A stretch of 62,734 bases of DNA, counting the filler, from Rhabdomonas costata (taxonomy: Eukaryota), in NCBI GenBank assembly GCA_019059605.1. It is 28 parts of 28 records of this genome, joined end to end, with 100 filler letters (N's around TTAATTAATTAA, not from the genome) between each part and the next. Parts side by side here need not be neighbours in the genome. Positions count along the whole stretch, not along the records: positions 47,131 to 49,284 come from JAHMHO010005308.1; positions 49,385 to 51,519 come from JAHMHO010005309.1; positions 51,620 to 53,762 come from JAHMHO010005310.1; positions 53,863 to 56,005 come from JAHMHO010005311.1; positions 56,106 to 58,248 come from JAHMHO010005312.1; positions 58,349 to 60,491 come from JAHMHO010005313.1; 22 more parts are not named here. The stretch is one strand, 5' to 3'. A model generated the notes under the pieces. That model did no database searches. It was not told where the DNA came from and saw only the letters and a program-made list of their open reading frames with translations. Both the position numbers and the translations under genes were made by a program. Below are positions 48,699-60,440 of the stretch, in pieces; the stretch's first letter is position 1; every line of letters starts with the position of its first letter.

Positions 48699-50516
48699 GT
48701 TCTGCACCACTATCAGATGCATCTCGCACATTGATCTCTCTGATTGCTTCAGATCTGTATCGTGACTGCCCGCAGTGGCATTCAGCAACCCGGACGAATG
48801 GGTTACCGGGGGGATGCCCAAGAACCGAAGTCAGATTCAGATCAATCAAACCCCAAAAACATACCATTCACTCTCCCACTACGCCTCTGTCTCTGCGTTT
48901 TCAAATCAGGCCCCCCCCCTTCGCGTACACAAAAAAGCCTTGATCGCGCCGGTATAGCCATCTTCTAAGCTAGTCGTCGACCTCTTTACACTTGTATCCT
49001 TGCCATGTCACTGTAATCATTTCCTCGCCGCCGCAACCCTCGCATTGCCCAAGACCTAGCACGACTCAGTTTTTCTATATGTAAATGGTTTCTCCCCTGC
49101 CTGCTGCCAGATCATTCCGTATACCATTTATCATTTCGTACACCACCTGGTTCTTGAGCAGCTTCCGCGCTCTTAACGCAGCCTGCCTGATCGAACAAAC
49201 TTCTGGGGCATTGCAGGTGGTTTATGGTAAACCGGAGCGAAGAAGTGGGCTATGGACTCATTCCCCCCCCCCCCCCGTTACTCANNNNNNNNNNNNNNNN
49301 NNNNNNNNNNNNNNNNNNNNNNNNNNNNTTAATTAATTAANNNNNNNNNNNNNNNNNNNNNNNNNNNNNNNNNNNNNNNNNNNNGGTGTTGTGGTGGGGG
49401 AGGAGGTGGGGTGCTGCGTGTCGCCCTTTCGGCGAGCAATGCTGCGGGGCGGTCGCCTCCTCAACTTCGTGTCTGTTCCCGTGTGGGTGGGTGTGCTCGG
49501 GTGTGCCCTTACGTGGGCCGGTGGTCGGGCTGGTACCGACGGCTGGCGCGGGCCGTAGCTAAAAACTTGGTGCCAACGGGCAAACCTAGTCAGTTGGGGA
49601 GCTCGTTTCGATGCGACCCAACCCTTTCGAGGGCGGTGTCAACCCCGCCCCAACCCTATTGCTCAGCAGAAAAACGTCAGCGAATTTCCGGTTTACAACC
49701 TTTCTGCCACCCAAGACCCAAGATGAAGTTAAGGTCCATCCGTCGTTTGGGCAAAACCACTCAATAAAAAAACGCGTGCATTATCTATAGGAACTATAAC
49801 ACCAGCAAAACATGTTGTGCACCGTTGCTCCGTCCACACCGACGACAAACTGGGGAAATCAGATGTTGTGCAGAACCAGACGTTGGGAACGCGCTCACCC
49901 AAAATTATGCCCTTGCGGAGTTCTGGTGAGCCACAGAAATCCAATCCGGCGAAAGGCCAGAAGCGCGTGCGCGGAGCGGGGCGGGCGTGTACTTTAGGAC
50001 AGAAGCTTCCCTTTTTTTAATTAACCTTTCAACTTAACTTTTGCACGGAGGAGGTGCTTTCTTGCTTTGTGCCGTGCCGGGCTGGAGTCATGGTGAAAGA
50101 AGGAGCAGCTGTAATTTAATGTTTTGTCAACCGCAGTTTAATTACCAGCACCTGCAAGAGTTCTTCAGTCGCTCCTGTGCAATGTTGTTCGTTGCGCGCA
50201 AAACACGTGCCGGACATTGGGTGCTAAATGTATCCTGGAATTAGGTGAGGGCAAAAAAGGGAAGCTGCTGCGTTACTTTTACTTGTTGGGGGGGGGGATG
50301 CACCTCGAATCGAACTAAAGTCCACTTACGGACACAAAAACACCTACAGAGAGAACAACTGGTGGCTGGGGGACTGGGATACATTTGTCACTCCCTGACT
50401 TACTGCCGGAACAAGCGAAGTGTGTGCAACAGGAGCCATCACTACTACTCTCTTTCTCTCCACCCTTCCTCCTCTCATACATAACGGTTCGCACGAGCAG
50501 AGAGAAAACAGTAAGT

Positions 50517-51465
50517 TTACGGGTCCCCGTCAAGCTCCATGTTCTGCACCAGCAGCTTGCCAAACTCCGAGCACTTCACCTTGGTGGCACCCGACATCTG
50601 CCTCTCAAAGTCGTAGGTCACCGTCTTGTTGGCGATGGTCTTGTCCATGGCTTGGATGATCAGGTTCGCGGCGGTGTGCCAACCTGGTAAGCCAAACCAA
50701 ACACCTCACTCGTAAGGGATTCCACACCCACACACTTCGGGGGAGGGGGAAAGGTCCGTTTTTGCAGTTTACCCGTCACGTCTCCGCCCGTGCCGAGGAC
50801 ATGGCTCACCGCAACTAAGGGTGTTCAACTCCTCCAACAGAACAAATCCAAAACAAAAACAAGCAAAAATAAGGAACGGAGAGGCCGTCAGCCATCGCGC
50901 GTTCTTTTTTACATAAGCCTGGGACACGGGCAGGCGGAGGGTCTGGCCTGTTGTCTCGTGAGCCGGCACCCCACGTCTGACAACAGAACTATAGGAGCCT
51001 CCGTGCGAGCACTTAGGCTGCGCGCGTCTTAGGTTAGGGGCAGCTTTTTTCTTTCCATCATCGCTCTCCTTCACGTGTGTGTGTATGCGTGTGTGTGGGT
51101 GGGTGTGGGTGTGTTAGGGTTTCTTTTCTGTCTTCACATCGCACAAACATAGTGAAACACGAACAAACAGACACAACTATCCCTAAAGAAAAAAGGGAGC
51201 CATAAGTACGGAGTGGGTGCAAAGCGCTTGTACCGAGATGACGCAGCATCATCTCACCCGAGAGAATGACCGACCCCGGGTTGACCACGTCCTTGTTGGC
51301 ATACTTCGGAGCAGTCCCTGCAAAGCGACGGAGGAGGGGAGAGGGCTTCAAAAAGTTCAAACGGCAGTCTCTGTGATGCGTGGTGGTGGAGGTGAATGAT
51401 ACCGTGGGTTGCCTCGAAAATCGCGTGGCCCGTCTTGTAGTTGATGTTCCCACTAGGCGCGACAC
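50517..51465 (-). CDS. icd: NADP-dependent isocitrate dehydrogenase, bacterial (E. coli/B. subtilis Icd) type; C-terminal exons 51465-51403, 51317-51234, 50683-50517
   Basis: [51 protein letters not shown]...[11 protein letters not shown]...VKCSEFG. Confidence 0.95.
50936..51045 (+). mobile_element. Copy 3 of the dispersed structured ~100-nt element; inside the last icd intron, antisense to the gene
   Basis: CTGTTGTCTCGTGAGCCGGCACCCCACGTCTGACAACAG...GCGCGCGTCTTAGGTTAGGGGCAGCTTTTTT. Confidence 0.8.
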
Positions 51466-52082
51466 CTGAGGGGTGGCGGGGTGATGAGTGGGCAGAGTTT
51501 GACGGAGAAACCAAAACCCNNNNNNNNNNNNNNNNNNNNNNNNNNNNNNNNNNNNNNNNNNNNTTAATTAATTAANNNNNNNNNNNNNNNNNNNNNNNNN
51601 NNNNNNNNNNNNNNNNNNNGTGTTGTTGACTTTATCGTTCCCGCAACATCCCCACGCATACAGATAACAACGGTCATAGCAGCAACTATCGCCCAGAAAG
51701 CACCATCCTTTAGCGAAGTACTGCGAGTTCGTTTGACTTTACGCTGGTGTCGAACAGCAGCTGCGGTTGGAATTTGAAATAAAAAATTAATCGAAGCAAA
51801 AACCAAACCTGGAATATTCTGGGGCTTGAGCCAAAGGAAGAGCTGCCTTTTAATTTATAAGTGTGCCTCGGAAAGATCGCGTGCTGCCTACTTCAGGTGC
51901 ACGTCCACAATCCCAACATGCATTTAGGCACGCAAGATTTTTCGGCAATTACTGATTCACAAGCTGAGCTGAGCTAACCAAGCCATCTGAAGCAAGGGCA
52001 ACAACTTACCACAAGAAACTGAGAGTGAACACACGTCAGCCAAAGACTGCCATCCAAAAACCCTTCCAGTTCATTGAGCAGT

Positions 52083-52790
52083 TCATTGAGGGTGGCTCAA
52101 GTGGGCCTCGACAGTCTCCGGCTTGCTTACAAGCCGCCCAGCGCCCCCTTTGCGGTAGTCCACCTTCATTGTCATGTACACTCGGTCGCAGTCTGCGCGA
52201 AGCGCCTCGAAGCACTGGCTCACAACCCCCATGACCTCATTCCAGTCCCCCTCAATGCTCGTGCCCATGGGCCCCATTTGATGGGCCAGGCCACTTTCCC
52301 TGATGACCTGACAAAAGAACCCGAAAGAAAACAAGAACAACAGGTGCACCAATGTGATCAATATGGCTTGGAATATGGTGTCAGTTGTGCGGTTAGTGTC
52401 CCTGATATTCTTTGAAGACGGCATAATGGCACGGCCGTTCCAGATACAAAGCGTTACCTCCAAAGCAAACAATGTCATGGCCAAGCATTAAAAACACAAT
52501 GCCACACAATCGACAAAACTTGCAGTCATGGTGATGGTCGGTTATATCGGGGTCCTGCTCACAGTTTTCAACGAGCAAAACACGCCCCGATGTGACAGCA
52601 CCTTAACGCAGCGGGCAACGTAGGGGCTCACGCTGACCCCCTTGTCCATCGGAAAGATAGCCAGGTCAAGCAGAACTTCCTTCGGTCCAGACATCTTGGA
52701 AAAGACGCGCCTTTGGGGCGCGCAAATGCGACAAAGACGCAGAGTACCAGTCGCAGCCCAAATCAGCGGCGAAGCAGCCTTAGACAACAT
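52083..52790 (-). CDS. MTH1187/YkoF-like thiamine-binding protein (DUF77), apparently complete; exons 52790-52602 and 52307-52083
   Basis: LLDLAIFPMDKGVSVSPYVARCVK|VIRESGL...GPMGTSIEGDWNEV...RVYMTMKVDYR. The start could be 52790 (with an N-terminal extension) or the downstream MSGPK. Confidence 0.9.
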
Positions 52791-53449
52791 CCTCACAACC
52801 AACACGCAGCACAATCTCAGCCAAAAGTATCGTCCACAGAACAATTGTCTGGCACAGAAGATAATTTTCTTTTGCCGAGTAATGTATGGTGGGGGTAGGA
52901 AGGTATCAGGGTGGCAATAAGATTCTTGCCATGTGTTTCAACGGGGTGACGAGCATTTAAGTGGAAGAAATACGGCACACTGAAGCCACAGCTCTGAAGA
53001 AAATCGAAATCTTCATTCCGCTCTGCTCCGCCCTGTGCAGGCACAACCATCAGCAGCCAACACCGACTTAAAAGGAAACACCTTACCATACAGCATCTAA
53101 GAATGATCCATTCAAGAACCAAACCCCAAAAAGCTCGTCCATTGCTGCCAATTGGTTTGTGACCAGAAGTAACCTGCTTTAACAAACCCTCGGTCACTGT
53201 ACTGATAGTAATGAGTGAAGAGATTGCAGCAAAAACACGAAATGCTTTTGAGTTTGTTCCACAAGACAATCAGAGGAAGGTGCGAAGCAGAAAGAAGAAG
53301 CACGAGAATCATGGTTGAGAGCTCCTCAAGGCTGTGAGGGTATCCCCACTGTCTTTCATTGTGGGTAGCACCCGTCGCTCCTGACAACCCCTGTGTACTA
53401 TAAGAGCGGCACACCCCCAAAGGGCCCGTGTGACTCCTTCCCCCTCATC

Positions 53450-53746
53450 TCAGCCCGCCGAGCCCGTGGCGGCGGAAGACAGCGGAACCACAGTGACATC
53501 CAAGAAATCCCCCGTCTCGAAGGCAGTGTCCTGCAGTGCCCTTCGGTCGTCCTCGCTGCGGCGTGCCGCGAGGTCCGCCCGTACGGTGCCGATCAGAGTG
53601 GTGGTGAACTTCCCCGCGGCCTTCCCCGAGGGCGAGACCAGCCGGAACTGCAGCAGGGCGTTCTTCTCGCGCGCCGCGGGCTTGACCTGCTGAATGAGCT
53701 GGCTCAGCTCGGCAAGAGTGGCGTCCTTCCAGGTGTAGATCTGAAC
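53450..53746 (-). CDS. SAP18: Sin3-associated polypeptide p18, terminal exon
   Basis: VQIYTWKDATLAELSQLI...AREKNALLQF...IGTV...DDRRALQDTAFETGDFLDVTV; CAG acceptor, TGA stop. Not in the supplied ORF track. Confidence 0.88.
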   Translation of the reverse strand, partial: VQIYTWKDATLAELSQLIQQVKPAAREKNALLQFRLVSPSGKAAGKFTTTLIGTVRADLAARRSEDDRRALQDTAFETGDFLDVTVVPLSSAATGSAG

Positions 53747-53906
53747 CTGAGCACACCCCCCCNNNNNNNNNNNNNNNNNNNNNNNNNNNNNNNNNNNNNN
53801 NNNNNNTTAATTAATTAANNNNNNNNNNNNNNNNNNNNNNNNNNNNNNNNNNNNNNNNNNNNGTGGTGGGTGTGTTTGGTTGGGGGGGGTGAGGTTGGCG
53901 CCAGGC

Positions 53907-55976
53907 CTGGCGTAGCCGAACATCTCGCGGATCACTCGGGCGCTCTCCCCGATGTACTTGTCCACGATAGCACTGGAGACGACCTTCAGGAAGTTCGCCT
54001 CGATGTTGGAGGCGATAGCGCGGGCAAGCAGGGTCTTGCCCGTCCCCGGGGGCCCGTACAGAAGCACCCCCTGGAAAGTGATGGTAGTGCCGATGATGAG
54101 TGTGTTGACTGTATACAAGGCGCCTGCTGAAGTGAAGCAAAGTAAATCTTTGATCCCCTTTGCTCATCCTCTGCCTTTTGCGCTGGTGAATGTGCCCAAA
54201 AAAATTGTGGCCGGTAAAACGGGTTGTGTGTGTACATCTGTGTGAAGATGAGGAATCGCAATCGAACAGACCGTGAATAGTGGCCACCGTGAAGGAGATA
54301 CCAGGAATAGGGGAATTAATTTGACACAAATTGGGGCACTGACGAGGGGGATCCGGGCGGGGAGGAGGTGCGTCAGGATACAAGCACCAACTATCGAACT
54401 GTCGATCGACGATCCCGATGTACGTACCCGGGTATATCCGCATGATTTTGTTTTCATATTTGCAAGAACTGCGGGAAAAAAACTCGACCACCGCTGCTCA
54501 TAAACGCCTCTCTCGCAAAGTGCTTCTGAGTTCGTAGTGCCAGCGGCTTTGCAAGACACCTTGGGGGGTTTGATCCCCACGCGGGCGAAGATCTCGGGGT
54601 TCACCAGGGGCAGCTCAATCACTTCGCGGAGTTCCCGGATCTGGTCCTGCAGCCCTCCGACCATGTTGAACGAGACACCACCGGGATCCTCGTGGCGCAT
54701 GTTGTACACCACAGGGTCCACCTGCGCGACCCAACGACGCAATGCAAACACCTTGCAAACACCTATCGAACGTTGCTGTTTCTACCCGAGCAGCGAACAG
54801 GCGAAGGTTATAATGTCCCAGCGGCGAAACGCGCCCCGAGGCCAACCCCAAACCTCCATTCCACCCTGCCATCAACACAGACTGTGGGATGACAATCGTC
54901 TACCAGGCTCACCCGTGCAGAAGGTCCACCCGAAAACAGCTTGCTGACCTTAGCGAGTCAAACTATGGGTTGGAATGGCCGTGTTAAACTGCACAAGATT
55001 AAGCGGGACAGGATTGCAACAGGCCTGCCAAGGGACTAAGGCTTTGAACGACAATGCTGGTGAGGACCGTCTTAGTGTGCGGAAGGTTGATGTCAACAAG
55101 CACCACCCAACTCCCACTGGCAACCCCGCTAACCTCGCGGGGGAGGATGCGCATGATGGTCAGGGTGGTCATGTCCAAAGTGACTCGCTTGCCACACTTC
55201 AGCTGGTCCCGGGGCACCCGGGCACGGGCCCCCACAAGGTACCGGGGCCCCGAGGAGGCCTTCACAATGAACTTCTCCTCGTCAACCTGAGACAGAAAGA
55301 GAACAAAGAAGTCTTCATGAAGCACACCGCAGCAGTGCTTCTCAGCAAATTGAATTGAGAGCAAAAAAAAAAACATTGGATTGGCTTTGGAGTGCATCTC
55401 ACTAGATCGGCAAAGAGAACAGACAACAAATGCAACGAACGGCTCGACATTTTTGAAGACTTCACATGTACCTACCCGGATGTTTAGAAGTTCCGACTGC
55501 TGAACACAAAAGTCCCCAAGGCCTACCTCGGTGTCACCCTATGTTATTTTTGCTGTACTTCGCATCGAATCTGCTCTGAAGCATGATTTCTGCACAAGGC
55601 GTCACAGTCTACACCAACAGCACCACACCCACTTGGAGTTGCTCACCCTTCGCTCCCCACCTTCCAAAACAAAACAAGACTGTCCTCAGGATGTGATGGC
55701 GATCCACTCCCTTGCAGAGCGGAAAGCATCTCCGAAACTCCATCCAGAAGAGGGCGAGGAAGAGGGCACACAGACCTGTCGCAGAACCTCCCCCACGATC
55801 TGTCCCACGCACTGGAGATTCTTGAGGTCGTCTTCGGACTTGTCGTACTCCTTCTTCAGCGTACGCATCCCCAGCCGCAGGGCCTTGAGCTGGGCGTCAT
55901 TCTTCTGATGGTCCAGCTTTCGCTTGAAGTACGCCGCGCGGGCCTTCTGGTACGCCGCGACGTCGGAAGACGCCAT
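53907..55976 (-). CDS. RPT4: 26S proteasome AAA-ATPase RPT4 (PSMC6/S10B), N-terminal part; exons 55976-55776, 55286-55134, 54721-54560, 54070-53907
   Basis: [54 protein letters not shown], Walker [31 protein letters not shown]. Confidence 0.97.
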
Positions 55977-58348
55977 CTTTCTCGCAGAGCCCCACCCCCC
56001 AACACNNNNNNNNNNNNNNNNNNNNNNNNNNNNNNNNNNNNNNNNNNNNTTAATTAATTAANNNNNNNNNNNNNNNNNNNNNNNNNNNNNNNNNNNNNNN
56101 NNNNNAATCTAAAGCCAGTCAGAGTAAAACACGCAATACTGTACAAATCAGGGGCGACGATTGGATGAGTGGATGAAAGGCGCGTAACGGTCGTAGTGGT
56201 GGTAGTGGAGGATTCGGCGTGTCAGGGTCATGGTGTGGTGGTGATGTGCGTGGTTGGGATGGTGCTGGTTTTGTGGTTCGTGGACATGCGGTGATGTCTG
56301 GTGTCGAAGTGTGTGTTGCATCGTTGTGGCTTTGGGCGTATGTTGCGGTGGTTTACTTGGTGCTCTATGTATGATTGCCTTTCGATGCGTCCTTATGTGT
56401 CTCGTGTTGCGGTATGCTCTTTGTGACTCCTTACTTTGTCTCCTCTATAGATGTGAACTATCAGACGCCGCACTGTATTTCCATCCGTCCGTTGAAGCCG
56501 TTGAGAGCTGTGATGAGCAGTTGTCCTAACGAGCTATTATCAGGTACGCCCGGAAACATGGCAACATACGGATGATGACGCTGGAAACCGTGGATCTAAA
56601 GCTATGCATGAACGTCACATGTTAATTAAGTGCTGTGCTGAGGTTAATCTTAGTGACATGGGGTGAGCCATTGGCGTAAACCACATGTTGGCGCACGTCA
56701 CATGGCCTTCTATAACAGTCGACACAAAACAAACGTGGTAGTAGGCTAAGAACCAATTACCCTATTAGTAGTTCTTCGCGTACCTTATGGATGGTTGTTG
56801 TTGAGCTTAATGGTAGAGTCAGTGCTACGCTAAACCTTACCCCTGATTCAATACCCCTACTGTAATGTGGAACGTCATGGCTGATGGATAATCTGGTAGT
56901 GTTGATGCCTACAGGTGGAATCCTTCAGGGTACAGCATCCGAAGTGGAGCCCGCCGATGGCGGCATGCAAGATGCTAACAACCACGCTGAGATTCAACCA
57001 CTCACAGCATCAACCCAGTGCTACGGTATACACTCAGCATGATGGGTGTCATTGGGTGTCAGGGTGGTGGTTGTGATGCTGAACCACTGATTCAAGGTGG
57101 GCACCGCAATGCAATGGGCCATTTTCCTGTTGAGAGGTGGCGTGAGAGCGTAAATCTACCCGCTTCTAAGGTGTACAGATGTATGTCGCTGCTCTCCATC
57201 CACTTAATTTCTATTGATCACGTAATGATGGTTCACTTAGACATAAGTCGGTACGTTCACTATTACGACATGACTCCATGCGCTCGACATGCCCTCATGC
57301 CCTATGTGCATGTAGTGGTGGAGAGTGTAATGGTGAGGGCTCCGCAGAGATGTTGATGTCTTGATGGTAGCATGATCCTGCCGTAGCATGCTCCTTTCAT
57401 GTTAATGTCTGGCTACTTGGGTGCACAGCACACAATCTTTGATGATTTGTGGTAATAGGCGACAGAAAAAATGATACCCAAACTCTTACTGTATATAAAA
57501 GCGATTTTACAACACCCACACGCCCACACCTAATTACAAAACCTAGAAATACCAAATTTCCCTTCAATTAATTTTCCATCGGGATCCAAAAATGACTTAG
57601 GAGTGAAACAAAAGAAGACTCTGTGACACCACATCCACAGCATCTTGGTAGGCCACTCTCTAGATCAAGAGTAAGCAAAAACAACTCCATTTAAACCTTG
57701 TGGTCGTGAGCTCTCAGGCTGCTGCAGCTGCTTCCTTGCTCTTCTTATGGGCCACCTCACCCCTTGACTGTATAAGCATAGCACAAATGTGATCGTGGCA
57801 TGTTTTCAGTGGTCATGCGCGTGGTTTTGGTGGTAGAGAGCGCGGCGAAAGAAAGCAATTCCAACCTGCGCAAACGAAGCTTCGCAACCAACTCGAAATC
57901 CCTCACTTCGATGGATACCCCGAGAACAAAATGTGGTATTAAGTATGTTTGAGGTGGACAATGCCTACATGCGTGGTTAGTGCATAAAACTTCAGTGGTA
58001 AAGTTATGCATTCCTACTGGATTTAGTGATAAAAATGCATGGAAGTGTGTCAAATCACTAAAGAGTGATGTTAAGAGCGAGGGTAATAGTCAGCGCAGCT
58101 GCCTGCAAGATTCTGAGCTCTTATTTCTGCACTCTTCGCAATATTCTGTGCAGGATCTTTGCAAACGATTCGAGTGTTTTGATGTATGACAGTGTTTGGA
58201 ATTGAGCAGCTAGTGTGATTTAGTGGTAACTAGTGAAGACCAAACAAANNNNNNNNNNNNNNNNNNNNNNNNNNNNNNNNNNNNNNNNNNNNTTAATTAA
58301 TTAANNNNNNNNNNNNNNNNNNNNNNNNNNNNNNNNNNNNNNNNNNNN

Positions 58349-59751
58349 TGTGGTGTTGGTGGCAGCTCGACGAAGGTGTAGGCCCCATCGGTGGGGATCG
58401 TTGTGATCGCTGTAAGAAGGGGAGAGCCGCGATCGATGGGAGTGGGACGGAATTGGTTTCTGTGTGGGCAATTGTAAAGCAAAGATAAGCAATATCGCAA
58501 ACTCGCGCTAAAAGTGACGTGAAACTCCATACAGTGCGTGCATTGCATATTCTTGACGACTTCTACGTTCAATCTTTGCTTTTGGGGTGTTACCTGCTTT
58601 GCAGGAACCGAACCGACGCGAGCAAAGTTGGATGGGGCACATTTTTGCAGTCTGCAGTGCCCAGTTCCCAAATCCCCGCCCCTAATGTCTACACAGGGAC
58701 CCACTTGAGGTTCCAGCGAAAGCTTTTGCTGTGTGCGTGTGGGGGGGGCATAGCCGTGATCAACTTCCCAATGCGTTAATGCGCTGATCTTAGACACGAC
58801 AAAACCGTGCCGTCGCTGAAGCACTTCCTCGCTGGGCTGTGGGTCAGCAATGGCGTATGAACTGCATTTATTGTGATGCGCAGGGGAAAGTGCTGGCTCA
58901 TTGTGCCTGGCTTTCCTTAGAATGAATCATGAAGGGGAATACCCAAAGCGCCACTGGACAAAGGGCTGGGGGGTCAGAGGGAGAGGGAGACCAAGGCTGC
59001 ACCCCGAGAAGTTCCACGGCTGCCCATTGCCACTGCACGTCGCCACGGCGGTGCCGGTGTACCACGCGCTGGCGTTGCAGGAGGGGGCGCACGACGCGCT
59101 GGTCCCACAGGGGGTGTACCCCGTCTGCTCCGTGGCGACACAGATCGGCACTGAGAGATAACCCCACTTCCAACCGCCAATGCACCAGAGCCAATCAAGC
59201 AGTGAAGTAGTGTGAACGATAAGCTCGACTTCACGTGTTCAAGGCTACATACAGCGGGGGTCCGATGGATGGCAAGAACGATTATCTGCTTGAAGTTTCT
59301 GTGAGCGTGTGCGCGAGGTGCGTATACAATGTGCAAATATCGTCTCCTTTCCTCTTCTCTCCGATGTTTGGGACGCAATAAAAGGGAGTCACTTATGGTT
59401 GCAAGGACCTAAAGCTCCACTCCGCGGCCCAAGATTCAGGAGGATAGCATATGCCAAAAGCTTCTATTTGAATCTGGAGGCACGCCCTGCAAAAAGCTCC
59501 AACAGCTTTGAGCTTAGAGTGGAAGACCACTAAAAAAACATCCCCCCCCCCACGACAAGAGCCAAGAGTGGGAGGATGGAGCCACAGGCAAGTCTACCAA
59601 TGTGGTCAAAGGTGGCGATGTTGGCGGTGTTCCCGGGCTGCGCGGTGATGAGGCCCATGTACAGCGGGCCAGCGGGGAGCTTCGAGGTGTCCGCAGCATA
59701 CCACGTGTCAGGGGCCCCGTTGCTGTCCCCGGCGTAGTACGTCGTAGCATC
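58349..59751 (-). CDS. Modular extracellular protein, partial; exons 59751-59598 (lectin-like beta-sandwich end), 59150-58992 (Cys-rich module), 58409-contig edge
   Basis: GPLYMGLITA...NIATFDHI; PICVAT...CNASAWYTGTAVATC...WNFSGC; phase-1 GT-AG junctions. Confidence 0.7.
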
Positions 59752-60040
59752 CTACGTGTACACGCACCTACCCACTCACATGGATATTGGCTTCCTTTTC
59801 TTTTTCCTTTTTCTTCCTTTTCCCTTTCTCTGGGGCTTAAGACGCTCCTCCAGGTTGGGCTCGTCAGCTAAATCCATCTTTCTCCTTTTACGCACACGCA
59901 AACGCACCCATCCACACACTTTTTGGGGGGTAATTCCAAGGTTTCTTCGGATTTCTGGCGTATTCCCGGGTCATCCATTTGAGATTAGCTGAGGTTAAAG
60001 AAACCTCAGCAGTTTTGCGGAGCTGCGACCAGGTCTGCGC

Positions 60041-60440
60041 TTAACTTGGTTGGGATCTTGTCGGCTCTTCAGCAGTTAAGAGCAGCAATTTCAGTCCGAT
60101 CTCCTTCTGACCGTGCCGTTGTTCTTTATGGATCACTGCCTTGTCCAAGGGGTCCACCTCAGACGTGCGCGTAACCAGAAGATAAAATCCAGTGACGTGG
60201 GTTCTTTGGGTCCAGGCCCGGCAGGCGCATATCCGATGGAACAAGATCATGTCTTTTTGTGAGCTTGACCTCATTGTGGACCCAGAAGCCCGTTGCAGAG
60301 CAGATGCGTGCAAAAACTTCATCTGGAAGGCCTCCCTGGCCGGTGCTCCAGAGAGTGAGCACTTGCTCAGGTGCGTTCCAAGCGGTCAACGTGGAGGCCA
60401 CACACATGGCATCGCATCCCTTCCAGCAAGCCTATAACCC
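60041..60440 (-). pseudogene. Decayed restriction-like endonuclease (RLE) domain of a non-LTR retrotransposon
   Basis: Across frameshifts: EQVLT...GQGG..DEVFARICSATGFWVHNE...VPSD...LDF...VT...AVIHKEQRH...GLKLL, matching the zinc-knuckle/RHD...E...PxD...D...K layout. Confidence 0.5.

Noticed and set aside
51029-51040. TTAGGTTAGGG in repeat copy 3 as a telomere seed or telomerase template
   Set aside because: Not conserved as such in the other copies (ATAGGTTAGGA, TTAGGTTACGG), and the element is dispersed and multi-copy.
53450-55976. Apparent SAP18-RPT4 gene cluster
   Set aside because: The genes are separated by an artificial linker, so the adjacency is not real.
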